Shown in pieces: positions 37,107 to 50,200 of a stretch of DNA of 64,000 nt. Both the position numbers and the translations under genes were made by a program. The DNA comes from Cirrosporium novae-zelandiae (Eukaryota). Every line of letters begins with the position of its first letter. The first letter of the stretch is position 1. The notes beneath the pieces were generated by a model, which was given only the letters and a program-made list of their open reading frames with translations, did not search any database and had not been told where the DNA came from. Location of the stretch: positions 868,001 to 932,000 of the forward strand of contig JAPETS010000001.1 in assembly GCA_026023565.1 (NCBI GenBank). Reading direction: 5' to 3'.

Positions 37107-39084
37107 ATGGGGGTCTCAACTCTTGTCAATGGCTACCATAACGGTCCACAAGAAGTTTCATCCCAATTGCGACTAAATGACAGCCAGAATGGCTGGGTTG
37201 TACGTTGTATCTTGTTATCTCTAACGTCTTTGCTAACTACCGTCATACTACAGGTCCAGAAATTCGGCGGGACAAGTATAGGCAAATTCTCGACCAAGGT
37301 ACTCTTTTTTTACTGCTGAAAACCACTGTGACTGATTGATACAATTCAGATTGCCGAAGATGTCATTCGAACGAGCCTCTCCAAGAATCGTGTTGCTGTA
37401 GTCTGTTCAGCAAGATCTTCGAGTACAAAATCTGCAGGCACCACCAACCGGTGAGTCATCTCCGCAATGAGACTGGATTGGCTATTGCAGCGCAACACTC
37501 TGACAATATACACCCCTAAAGATTGTTACGAGCAGCTTCAGAAGCAGAGGACAAGAAATCAAAACAATATGAAAAAACTGTCGATCTCATCGCCGCTGAC
37601 CACCTCGATGCCGCCAAGACAAATATTCGGTCACCAGACATTGTTGAGCGCCTGAGTCAGGAAATAAATTTCGAGTGTGACGAGCTTAAGATTTTTCTCA
37701 ATGCCACGCAAACCATTGGAGAGATAAGTCCGAGATCGCTCGACAGGGTCATTGGTGTGGGAGAAAAGCTTAGTTGCCGATACATGGCTGCGCTTCTGGA
37801 AGATCATGGAGTTGCCTCGAGTTATGTGGACGCTTCAGAAATCATTGACTTTGATACATCGCACGGTCTTGATCAGGATTTTTATGAAAATCTAGCCCAG
37901 GCATTGGCCCGACAGGTTCAAGTTTGTGGGGACCGGGTGCCCATCATCACTGGTAGGCTTCACATTGAACCTCTAGAGTTAGGTAAGGGCAAAGAATTCT
38001 AACGTTTGCTTTTAAACAGGGTACTTTGGAACAGTTCCAGGAAGTCTTCTAGATAAAGTCGGTAGAGGATATACAGATTTCTGTGCTGCGCTGGTTGCTG
38101 TTGGATTGCATGCTAAGGAGCTGCAAGTCTGGAAAGAAGTTGATGGTATCTTCACTGCCGACCCTAGGAAAGTTCCTACCGCTAGATTGCTCCCCACCAT
38201 TACTCCTGCCGAGGCTGAAGAGCTTACCTTCTGGGGTTCGGAAGTTATCCACTCTTTTACCATGGCACAGGTCATCCGAGCCCGAATCCCCACCCGCATA
38301 AAGAATGTTATGAACCCTCGTGGTAATGGCACCGTCATCTTCCCAGACTCGCAAGCAGAGATAAGCGACGACAAGCCTGGACATGATCCCAGATTGTTCA
38401 TGACGAGAAGTGCGAGCAGCATCTCACTGCATCAGCGGCCAAAGCGACCCACAGCCGTGACAGTCAAATCCAACATATTTGTGATCAATGTACATTCGAA
38501 CAAGCGATCTCTTGCACAAGGGAATCTCGCAAAGATTATAGCGGTTCTCGATAAGTACGTCGGGCTTCCCATGATGAACTGTTTAACTCTCTTCCCTCGA
38601 ATTTCCCATCGCTGACATTTCCGACCTACTAGGTGGAAGTTTTCGATCGATCTCATTTCAACAAGCGAAGTACATATATCCATGGCCATCCACTCGGAAA
38701 AGGACTTGTTAAGCCGAAGACCAGATGGTACATTCATCATCACTGATTCCAAACTGAAAGGTGCATACAAAGACCTCGAGGAGTGCGGTAGAGTGGATAT
38801 TATTCCGGATATGGCGATTGTCAGTCTGGTCGGCAAGCAGATGAAGAACATGATTGGAATCGCGGGTAAGATGTTCTCTACGTTGGGAGAGAATAACGTG
38901 AATCTGGAAATGATCTCGCAAGGTAAGCAATAAACAATCAAGCCGAACGTGAACAAAAACTAATGCAGGTTATTCCATTTATTTAGGCGCTAGCGAAATC
39001 AATATTAGCTGCTGCATCGAATCCAGGGACGCGGATCGAGCGCTAAACATTCTACATACAAACCTTTTTACATTCTTGGATTAG
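37107..39084 (+). CDS. HOM3: Aspartate kinase
   Basis: WVVQKFGGTS, VVCSARS, VGRGYTDFCAALVAVG, WKEVDGIFTADPRKVP and ACT-domain NLEMISQGASEINISC. About 6 introns. Confidence 0.96.
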
Positions 39085-39530
39085 ATTTCTTGTCTCTCAT
39101 AAACTTTCCATAGATATTCCATACGAAAAAATTGGGTGTTGCATTTTTGCATCTCAGGAGGTTAAGGGTTGGAGTTATGACAAAAAGAAAGATAGAATTG
39201 GTGTTACGACGCCTAGGATATGGGCTCAGTGAGGCTGATATCTAGGTGTAACTGGTGTGGATTCTATGATGACTTATGGTTCTAAGTCTAAGGTGCAAGG
39301 CTCAGGAATCTATATACAGTTGGTCATGTGACATATATGCCTAAGGCACCATGTGGCCTGGTTCCTTAACAATAAAGAAGAATGAATTGAATAATGAACG
39401 TTTGCTACCTAGGTTACCTAATTACTAAGAGTACCAAAGTATACGTATTGTACGTACTTGTGGTACTGTACCTGTAATCTATCCCCTCCCCCGACACCGG
39501 TCTACAGAGCGCACACAGCCCGTATTGCAG

Positions 39531-39946
39531 GCACGCTGGTCCCAAAATAAGCAGGACTCACAAACTCGGATCTTCACTGCTTATATTGGGGATTAAACGT
39601 GTGATATAAAAAAATATGGATTTGTAGAGAAGAGGTACTAGCTATATACTCCACAAAAAATCCCTATATTCAATTAGTTCTAATATGATAACTACAATCA
39701 ACTGGAAAAGCAACAACACAGCAGTTCTATATAATTTTGCGGGGGCCGAAGGTAAGTCGCAATATATATTCAAACAGGCGACTCACTCCCAGGTTTTCAA
39801 ACAAGATCAGTTTTCAATAATAATTTATTTTGAAGGCCTCTTTAAAGCCTAAATAATAAAAGTTAATTTTGTTTGAAAGCCTCCCCAGGAAATATAATAG
39901 TAAAAAAAAAATTTTGTGAGTTCCGCTTATTTTGGGACCTGCGTGG
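39531..39946 (-). mobile_element. MITE family A, copy 2 (416 bp), inverted relative to copy 1
   Basis: TIRs GCACGCTGGTCCCAAAATAAGCAGGACTCACAAA / TTTGTGAGTTCCGCTTATTTTGGGACCTGCGTGG with a 3-bp TSD CAG/CAG. Confidence 0.88.
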
Positions 39947-40144
39947 CAGGCTAAGCCCGCTATGAATCTACTACTCTACCCCCCTCTTCTCCTCATTACC
40001 TTTTATCTTGACCTTCGCAAGATAATACAAATGTCACTACCGTAGCATTTCTCAATTTAATTTCTCTGGTTCAATGACTACATAACATTTCATATCACTC
40101 CCTCGTCAATCATTAATAATACTACAAACATCGACATAAAAAAA

Positions 40145-42186
40145 CTACATTTCAGATATTTCAATAGCTTGGGGGTTCTTATTGCCCATGAGAAGCCCAC
40201 TTTCCTGGTCCAAAAATTTCCGTCCTCCTAGCCTTGGATGCTTCGAGTCAAGACCTTCGTAGCCCCCAAATTTATCACCTTTTTTGGTGACGGGCACTAC
40301 AGCCGTGGCCCCCTCCCAATCTCCCATGCTCACTTCTTCAAATGCCATGCGTTGAAGCTGAAACTTCTCATCCAAAATCCAATTTAGCCGTCGGTGCTCT
40401 CCCTTGTGTAAATACCTCTGAAGGAATCCAACAACCGTATCCAAAACCAGGTTGGTAAAAACGATCAAAGTACCAACGATAAGAATAATTGCGACACCGA
40501 GCGCAGAAAATGAAGTCGTCCCGTTTGCGGAACGCACTTTTTGACTATAACACATTCCCTTGGATACATCATCGCTAGGGTGAAGGGTGATCAAGCCTTC
40601 CTCGATATTGGTGGGGCCTGCTGCATATTCTACAATGCCTTGTTGAAGTCTCGCCATCGCTGCATTAAACCAAGATGAAACTTCTATTTGCCACTGATTG
40701 ATTGGAAGAGGGCCCTGGTCAAGACCATTCAATGTTTCCGTAGCGCGAAGAGCAGCCCCATCTCTGCCATTAACAGTATGGTACGTATTCAAGTATGCTG
40801 ATTGAAGCGCCACACGATCCGTGATTCCCTGTTGCACTGTTGATATACCAATTGTTTTAACCGCCGCCTGCCAGGCGGGATTGTACCCCGCTAAGGGTCC
40901 ACAGTTACCATTGTTTGGGTTGCAGTATTGGTGTTGATCCACGCAGCCAAGGACACTGACCCAATAATCTGCCGTATACCAACTTATATTTTGTCCTTGA
41001 CTGCTAATATAAGACCCGCCGAGACTTGTAGCCTGGAATACTGGATCGTATACAGGTTGACTAAAACGGACGGAGTTGGGGGCGATCCAGAAGATAGAGA
41101 CATCTCCATCAGTACGGTTGAATTGTTCAATGGGTATCCATGAATTTCCGCTATACGATGCCAGTGCAAACAATGCTCTGCATTTCTGTTAGTCTGAGGT
41201 GTACCATAGAGAACAATACAAGGTGAAACATACCCAATACCGTATGCCACGGAATCAACTGCAGTATGTAAGTTGTATTCATACGAATAATTTTGTACAT
41301 CAGCGATAGGGCCCATCCACCATCTATACAGTGTATCGCCAGGATAAGCGCCATCATCTTCTGTTGCATTGATCTTCGTTGCATACTTTCCGGTACGAAG
41401 CGGAGCACATGTTGTTTTCTTCCGATAAGTGATCCGCTCATGCCGCGGAGCATTTATGCCAAGGACCTTATCTGAATCAATAGGCCCGGTGTCCATCTCG
41501 TAAGCAGCTGTATCTCCATAAATACATGTGTCCTTCGCAAATGGACATGAGGCATTCTGATTGCTGGTCCATAGAATTTGTTTCTGCGCGTAGATATTGC
41601 ATTGCAAGGAATTAGCTTGATCATAGCAAGACCTGGCATAAGCGGCCGCGGTAATTGAGTCATTGAGGATTTTGGCACCGAACGCTAGCTGAGACTCATA
41701 GCTCTGAGATGGATTAACTCCCCAATATCCACAATTGGGGCTTCGCACAAGTCTTTCATTGCCAGCAGCTTTTGTCACCTCAGAGGAAAATACACCAGCC
41801 AACCCAAAAGCACCGACATATAGGATTCCTAGGAGAGCCCATGGCAATGAGCGGATGACAGGTCGCTGTGCATGGCTCCACCAGTATATACTGAGCTGTG
41901 TGAATTGCCAGGACGCGCCACCGGGCGACGACGTATTTCGGAAAATATTCTGATGTTGGTGATGAAGGCCATCTTGGGGCCCTTGGCTTGCTCTCGACTG
42001 GTGAATGATGAAGCTAAGAATTCTCCAAAGCTGGCCACCGGCAACTGTCACAAATATACCAAGAAACGCGGTGAGTAGGCCTGCATCACGACTCGAGAGG
42101 GTGATGGTTGATCCTGCAAGTATGCCTTTGTCCCAATTTATCCATGGTCCTGTGTATATATGAGCTCCGCTGGCTAGGTTGGACAT
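40145..42186 (-). CDS. Conserved fungal membrane protein of unknown function (N-terminal TMs, large Cys-containing luminal region, C-terminal TM), 2 exons
   Basis: IYTGPWINWDKG...TITLSSRDAGLLTAFLGIFV, YARSCY, NASCPF, CAPL, LGCVDQHQYCNP, QWQIEV and a C-terminal TM followed by WILDEKFQLQRMAFE. Confidence 0.8.
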
Positions 42187-43163
42187 GTTGCTTAGGTTGA
42201 ACTGGAGCACGACGGAAGAAAAAATAAAGAGACCAGAGAAGACAGCTTCTCGGGGGGTAACTGAAGTAGATAAGTAGATATGAGTAACATAGAAAAACTG
42301 GTGGCTGTCTGATACTAGGGCATGTGCTATTAAGAAAAAAAAACGGATATAGAAAAGGCGCCGCCATCCAGGGCGGATCCAAAGACTAGGTGATAGGTGG
42401 AGGTTAAGGCAGACAGACGAGAAGGTGATGAAGAAGAGGGTGGAGGTCATGAAAGTAGTTGATTTCCTATTTGAGGCAGATGCGCCTTCCGAATAGAGAA
42501 TGGACAAGCAAACTAATTATTTAGACTTAACGTAGGAGTAGACTATTCTGCCAGGGACCCAGGGGAAATACAATAATAGAGGGGTAAGTATTAATAAAAT
42601 TAAATTCCGAATAATATCGTACCGGCTTCAGTATCTTCACAATTGAAAGTTGGCTGGCTTCGTCAGACGTTTCGAGTAGGCTTGGAGATTAACCTTATTG
42701 TAGAAGTTGGGGTGGAGTCTGAGCGCACCGGGGGAAACCTCTTCGGCCTTTAAAATATCTCAGCGAATCGTCTTGAAGATTAGCCGAAAAGTCAAGGTTC
42801 CAAGGCCTTACTTAATAAGTACAACGCTCTACAACGTTCCACAATCCTCCTAGTCCTTCCAGTCATTATCGCTGCCAAGGGCCTCAAGAGAACCAACCAG
42901 TCTCGTTATTACTTGTATTTCAATAATATCTACCTTCGGAATACCCGCATATTGCATGCATCAATCATCCATATTTAGGACTTTGTTAAAAATGGCTTGG
43001 TAATCTAGACATTCATGCTTTCAGTAGCCTGCTTCGCCGTTCAAAGCTGTACATATGTGTAGCTTGTGGCAATATTCACCTACCTTGGGTTTTTCCTGGG
43101 TATCTTTCTATCTTTCCTAGTCATGCCTTGACATCCACCAGTCATTGTCTTCCTTGAAATCCA

Positions 43164-46100
43164 TCACTTCATGTACGACACCAACACATTCCTGGCTTGT
43201 GGGCTAAGACGCGATTGTACCAACCGGTCAATTCTACCTCCTGATTTCCCATTTGCTTCCTTCAGATACTGACCGATCCACGTCTTCGGATCCTTAATCT
43301 CAGGCCATGGGTCTTCCATGGCCTTTTGACATGTCGCCAACGGGGTAAATCCAACACCAAAACTCATAGCATCCACGTCATGTTCAGCGATAGTGTCCTC
43401 CCGACCTCTCTCTAAAATAGGCGGAAGTTCGAGCAATTTGAGTAGCGCCTCGCACGTGAATCCCCATCCCTTTTGGTATTTCTCATTGAAAGCAGCTGAG
43501 GTTGCTAGGGTATGCGTCAGTGAGACGACTGCTGTCTTGCGATCAAGTGGGCGTAGCAGCTTTTGCGTCTCCGGTAGGATAATACTAAGATAGACCTGCG
43601 TAAAGACTCTAGAGCGGAATATATCAGTTTAAGTCTTGTTTTACGAGTTGAAACCATAAATGTACTTTTCTTGAACCTGCTCTATCGCGTTGATGAAGAA
43701 GTCGGCTCCAAGACCCTTATCATCTCTCGAAGACACAACATGGTAGAAGTGAACAAACTTGAACGTAAGAGTGTCTGTCTTCGAATTCTGTAATCTCATG
43801 AGTATGAGCTGGCAAACGGTAACGAAGTACTTTTGAAGAGCCGACCTATTTCTCGATTAGTAGGTTGATGATAGTTGAAAAATAAAAATAACAACTTACG
43901 CCGAAAAGTTCATAGTAACACACTCGAGCAGCTCAAAGGCATGAGATTCATGTGTTCTTGTTGAAAGGAGCTTCTGAAAGATGCCTAAGATAGGCTCAAG
44001 CTGGTTGTTTTGCTCCATACCGACCGCACCTCGGGATATTATTGCATTTAGCAACCGAACAAGAGCAGGAACGTTCCCCTTTGATTCCCAAAGTGTAGGT
44101 GTGAGGATTGGTGCAATTAGGGTTTGGTAATATGAAGGGAGGCTGCTCGAAGGATTTGCCTCTAGGAGAGCTGCGAATAGCTGGAACACATATGGCATGA
44201 ATTCTTGAATATCATCAGTATTAGATAAAAGGGGGTTGCTATTGAAACGTACCTGCGACATCTTCTTGAAGAATTGTAGCAAATGGGGAGTATAACGCTG
44301 TTTCCAACTTATCCGGCATTGAAGGGGAAGCAAATCTGACGAAAATTAGCATATATATATTCTTTTGAGCTCGTAAACATACCGTATAAGAGCGCCAACT
44401 GCCTCAAAGTGATAGTAATAGAATCCAGGATTGCTAGGATTCTTGCCAATTATCTCTGTTATAGAAATGAGATGACCGAGGACCTCGTCTGTCAAAGATA
44501 GCACCTTTTCCCTGATGACTATGAGGACCCTCATCACACAGCGCATCAAAAATTCGTTCTCTTGAATCTTCTCTGGTGCGGAATCCTTCTCGATTAGTTG
44601 GAAAATGTGGCCTAACAAATCCTTCGCTAGGGGAGAGATCAGGGCTTGACTCGTTTGCCCATGTGCATTGTCTTCATCGTTCAAGCGAAGTGCTTTCTCA
44701 AGAGCGATGGCTGCATATGTATAAATTACATAGTTTGACGACCCGAGATGCTTGACCAATAGAGGGAATGCATCTTGCCATTGACTCGCTGTCATCTGGC
44801 TGCGGAATGTATATAAATACTTCAATGCACTAACTTTCAGGATAGGCTCAACTCCAGTATCTGCGACAAGATCCTTCGCTATGTTTTTCTGGAAGAAGTC
44901 AATGATATCGACAAGATTGTTGGTACTACTCACACCTCGCGTGGTGAGATAGCCTGTCGCAGCAATAGATGAAAAGAGGTATATTGCAATATCTTTGGAT
45001 TTCCAATTTGAAGTAGGGTTTTTGGCATAGTCTGATAGATGAAGGTCGACATATTTTGTGACAACCTTTGTGACAGTTTGCTGGAACTGCCCTAGAAGTT
45101 GTTTCAAGAAATCCGTTGCAGCTTTCCGCCTTGTTTCACTATCTGAGCCTTCCAGATCCCTGCGAATGAATTCTATAGGTTCGTCTTCAAACATCTCCAT
45201 ATCAGACTCACGAAGGCTCACATTCGGCACAAGAACATTTTCAACCACTTGTCCGAGGACATTCTCGTCACTGAATACTTGTCCAAGTTCTAAGATGTGT
45301 GCAATGGCTGTCAGAAATTGTAATGCCTTGCTGACTAGAATGTCGAATTTTGTCTCCGGACCAATGGTAGTAAGCAGATTCCAAGAGTCCTGAATAAACT
45401 GCCCAACATGTGTACCAACAACATCTTCATATTTCTGTATCCAGAGCGTCAATAGTTCAAAAATTCCGGCCTTCACGAATTCCAACTCTCCCGCTTCCGT
45501 TTCATCATCTGTATGAAGAAGAGCATTATTGTAAAGCAGATATTTCAGTAGGAACTTGGTTATCATATCTATGTTATCTTCAAAAAGAGGCGGAATTTCT
45601 TGGCAGGAAAGGTCGTATAGGATCTTGATGAGAAGGTTAAGATTCGCAAATGCTTGCTGTAGTGCCTGCTTATTATCTTTGTTTTGTTCGATGATGGCAT
45701 CTGTACTCTAAATACATAACGTAAGTCTGGAGATATAAGCCTGGAGGATTTGCTATGAAGATATACCTGAAGTAGAGGGAAGACAGAAGGGCCAAATTTT
45801 TCCAGCACATGAATAATCTCAATGTACAATGCATCCGTCCTGACCAAGGGCCTCCACCGTTTGAAGATTGAATGCGCAACCCCCAGGACACCGTTGTTCA
45901 CTTTGAGGTCGTCGGCTGAGAGTCTGGAGGCTAGGTCCTTCTCACCGTTAGCAATAAAGCATGTTTAAGAAGGATTTCAGGGCGCAAAATATCATACTTC
46001 CATGAGCGTATCCCACCGTGTGAAGAAATCACTGTCGGCTATAACACTGATGGCATCGCCAAGCTGAGACTGAATACCTGCGGGGACCGAAATCATGAGA

Positions 46101-46504
46101 CCGATAATTTCATGTTTTATTGCCGCAACCTCATTTTGAGGAAGGAGATGATTCCCTTCCCCATCCTAGGTAGCAATAAATTAGAATTGTACATTTCGCA
46201 CCATATATCCAATTTGAGGACTCACCGTCCAGTGTCGCCGAATAAGATTTTTGAAGCAAAGCGCTGCCGCTAAACGAGTTGTGTAGGCCGCCGCATCAGA
46301 TGCCGTAAGTTGTAAGAGAGTTAATGAGAAGCCGGGGTTCTTCTCCTCCTGGCGTATTGCAAGTTCCGCTACCTCAGAGTTAGCAGGCTTCGGCATCCGA
46401 AAAGGGAGATGAGTAGAAGTGACCAATGTACCTTTTTTATTTTGGGCTGGGTCCAGAGTAGCTTGGAGCAGCTGAGCCACAGCTTCAAGATCTCCCGTCG
46501 CCAT
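43164..46504 (-). CDS. CSE1: Importin-alpha re-exporter Cse1/exportin-2, multi-exon
   Basis: RLAAALCFKNLIRRHW, FEDEPIEFIRRDLEGSDSETRRKAA, NPSNPGFYYYHFE and EFMPYVFQLFAALLE. Confidence 0.96.
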
Positions 46505-47269
46505 CTTGATGATGGATCAGAGATAAGTACAAGTAAAATAGAAAGGGGTTTGAAATGGGCTCGGGCTTTGAGGTAAAAAGTATTAATTATGTTGAAAGCT
46601 GTTAGGTCCATTAAATCAACTCAACAGCTTTTCGAGACATTCAGATTCAGTTCATGCACGGACCAACTCTCACATCAGTCCGGTGAGGCTTGTTCTAGGC
46701 TCTACTTTCTAGCGTACCCCGGATTTTTCAATCCTAGCACGCCGCACGCCTGGTTGCACCTGTAACCTGTACCCTTCAATCTCTGTTTTTGTCTCTTTTG
46801 TATTTTGAATTCCCCCCTTCCCCCCCCAAATTGTTGTGTGTCTCAACAATATCAAAAAGAGTTTTAACACAAATTGTACTATCATGCTGTTGGACCTTAT
46901 TGAGAACTGTCCGTATGGATCCAGCTGCCAGAGAAAGCCCTAGTAAGCTTTTTTTGTCTTCTAGAAAACCTACTCGGATGTAAGCACCCTGATTCCTTTC
47001 CCTCCTTCAGCTTGGTTCCTTGCACAATTATCCATTGTCTGCATGTTCATGTCTTGTAAAATTTCCAGCCCAAACATGTATCAATTAGGGAACTATTTGT
47101 GACAGGGTCCTAATATAAGTGAAGCCCAAGTGACTAGGCCGTCGTTGCCTGGAAATGCACATTTCTTTACAGTGCGGATCTTGAGGTAAAACAAACACAT
47201 GTCCCATTGCCTCTATATAGCCACCCTATAGCCTTAAGCACTTTCAGATGAAATACAACACAACACAAA

Positions 47270-50200
47270 ATGAAAACTTACTTTGGTATCAGAAATAGAA
47301 AAGCCTCGATAGAGCTGGAAACAATGGCTCAGTCCTCAGAGGGCACAGCAGCAAGTCCATCCGAGTCACGAAATTCTTCCTCTACAGGCCTTGCCGACGT
47401 ATTTCGAAGTCTTTCCGCGTCCCGGTCGAAGCCCACAATTTCTGGCTCAGCCGCGAGTGGTGCTATTAGCTCTCCCGCAAGACAACCGTCATATGCGGAT
47501 AGCAATGAATTACTGCTAGATCTAAAGACTGGACGGCTACCTGCATCGAGAGTCGCCGCCGCGGAAGAAGCGGCAAAAGATATGGACCTCATTAATTCTT
47601 TCTATTTACCTTCTTCTGGGGATATCTCACAGTTGTGGGATGCAGGGAAGGATATGATTGAAAAGGATGCACCGCCGCAAATGCGGAAAGCTGGCTTCAA
47701 TCTTCTTATAGCATGTTCAAAACGATCAAATCTCTCTGAAGGGCAGCGCGAATCCTTATTTGCAGCTATCATTGAGGCCCATCACCCTGATAACTTCGAT
47801 CGGCAGCTCGATGCATTGATGGCCTTGACAAGGGAGAGCTGTGATATTGGAAACTTACAAGATGCTATTCTACCGGTCTTAACAAACTGGCTTGATACTT
47901 GTTTTGTCGCCGTCACAGAGTTTCGGGCACAGCGAAAGAAGGATAAAGGATCAAAGAGCACTTCTACTCAAGATCCCCAAATCTTCTTAGATCGTCTCTT
48001 AGGGTTCATCAAGAAAGTTCTTGAGGGAGGTTTTATGTTTTCACAAGATGATCTTCAAGAAATTGTACTTCAACTCACTGGCCTCTGCAAGAAAACCTCG
48101 AACACTGGTGATATCCAAGCCTCGATCCTGATCTTTCTCGTAGTGCTTAAAAACTTCAAGTTTCCGATTTCTACATTACCTGCATGCATGGAGGTCTTAT
48201 GTGGCACCTTCCGTTCCGTAAAGTCCCTCCAGTCTATGACTTGGGACGTTGTGATGCAGTTCCTTATGTCAGACGTATCTCAGCAATGTGTGGAGATATT
48301 GCTGGGTATATTGACGTTTTCGCCCAAGCAACCAGTTCAGACCTTAAACTCGGCATGTGGAGCGGTTCTGATTCTTGGAGATGTCTATCACATAAATGGA
48401 AAGGATGGTCTTGCACTTGTACCATTCTCGCGATTCGTTAATGCTTTGAACATAGTTCTAGCTAGAAAACACCCTAGGCTCGACGGCGATGTCCTTAATA
48501 CGATCTGCAGTCTTTTCGACAATCCAGAAGTGGTAGAATTGACGTTATCCGAGGACTGGACCCATTTGTTCGACGTTTTAAATACTCGGAAGGTGCTTGT
48601 AAATACAGCAGAATCAGACTATGATGAGAAGAAGTCTGAATCTTCTGCTCCTACGATGGAACAAGGATTACGTCGGATGATCACGCTTTTGGAAGAGCTA
48701 TGGAATCGATTAAGTGTACCACAAAAGAACATTGTTGTGAAATATTTTGTTTCTGTTAAACCATACTTGGGAGAGGAACCTTGTCGGCTATTGGTGAATT
48801 TTTACCACGAAGAGCAGATGTGTTATCCTATTCACTCGGACTGGATGGTGAAACGCCAAGACTTGATAAAAACGTTCATATTAGACCCCGATCAAACAAA
48901 CTTTATTCGACTTCTTGCACTCAAAACCGTGAGGGAAGCATTCTTTGCAGACATGGAACCAGGAGTTACGGACAAGTATACACCTGAAACCATTGTTGAA
49001 AGTATTTCTGATGAGCAAAACATTTCAATGCTTGAAGCCATGCTCGACTTTGCCGTTGATACCCTCGATGCAAATTCAAGCGACATAGCTTTTGATATCG
49101 TGCACGAACAAATAAGAAAACGTGCTCGAAACTCCAATGCTCCTGCTACCGGCTGCTCCCAAGCTCCCTCAACGGTGGTTCCAGAATTATCGGCTGCCGC
49201 TATTGCGACAAAAGCACTAGTGAAAATATTCTTGAGGTCTTTAAATAACTCTGCTCACAGGGCACAGGGCTCTTTCCATAGCTTATTGGAAATTTCTGGC
49301 TCGGAAAATTGTCAGAGCGATGCACGCCTGACGGCATTCAAACTTCTCTTCAGACTCCGCAGTGATGAGAACTTCGCAATTAGGGTAATACCATCGTTGG
49401 AAGATGAATGCCCCACTTCTATCCTGCTGAAGACGTTCTATGTCGTTCAAAACGACGAAGCGCTTTCGAACAAGCGACAGTCGGGCTCTGAGGACAGCAT
49501 TCCTTCTCGAATTGGACGAAACTCCCCTGTAAATCAGCCCCTGCCAGCTTCTAGAATCAAACGATCATCTAGCAGTGCGCCTAAACCGTTCACTCGAACA
49601 CCACCCAATTGGATGTACGGTGGATTTAAAGGGTTGCCGGAAGATCCGCCAACTACTTCGAGCCGAGTGGTATGTTCAAAGCTTCCAACTCATCACCTAC
49701 ACCATAGCATTCCTGCCACCTGTAGTAATCCTGGTCAACCTCCAGGGAAGGGAATTCTTCAGGTCAAGCTTTGGGTTGAGACGCTGATCTCGTATTTGCA
49801 ATCAGGGGAGGACTGGGAATTATACAGCTATATTATTGTTCACCTTAGTTCTCAACTTACCAACACTCCCTTGTTTGAGAACTGTATGTTACAAATTCAA
49901 TTGTTGCGGAGCGTCATATGTGAGCAACTCAAAGCCTCCAGTTTTCATGAGCCGCCACAGATGACTGGACTGAAGAAAGCAGATGTAGCAATCTGTTTAC
50001 TGAACACACTGACAGTTCTTCTGATATATCGAAACCATTTTAGTCAACATGAGGAGGATGAGATGGTCCGTACGTTCATGCTAGGAATTGGATCTTGGGA
50101 TGGTACTTCACGCAGTTGCATCCATTTCCTGTCACTTTGCTGCCATGAAATACCACTTTCAGTCACAAAATCCTTAAAGGCGATCCTGCTAAAAATGGCC

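Noticed and set aside
36158..39946. Bona fide composite transposon that carried HOM3 here
   Set aside because: Each MITE has its own 3-bp flank pair, and the outer flanks (TAG/CAG) are not compelling evidence of a single insertion.
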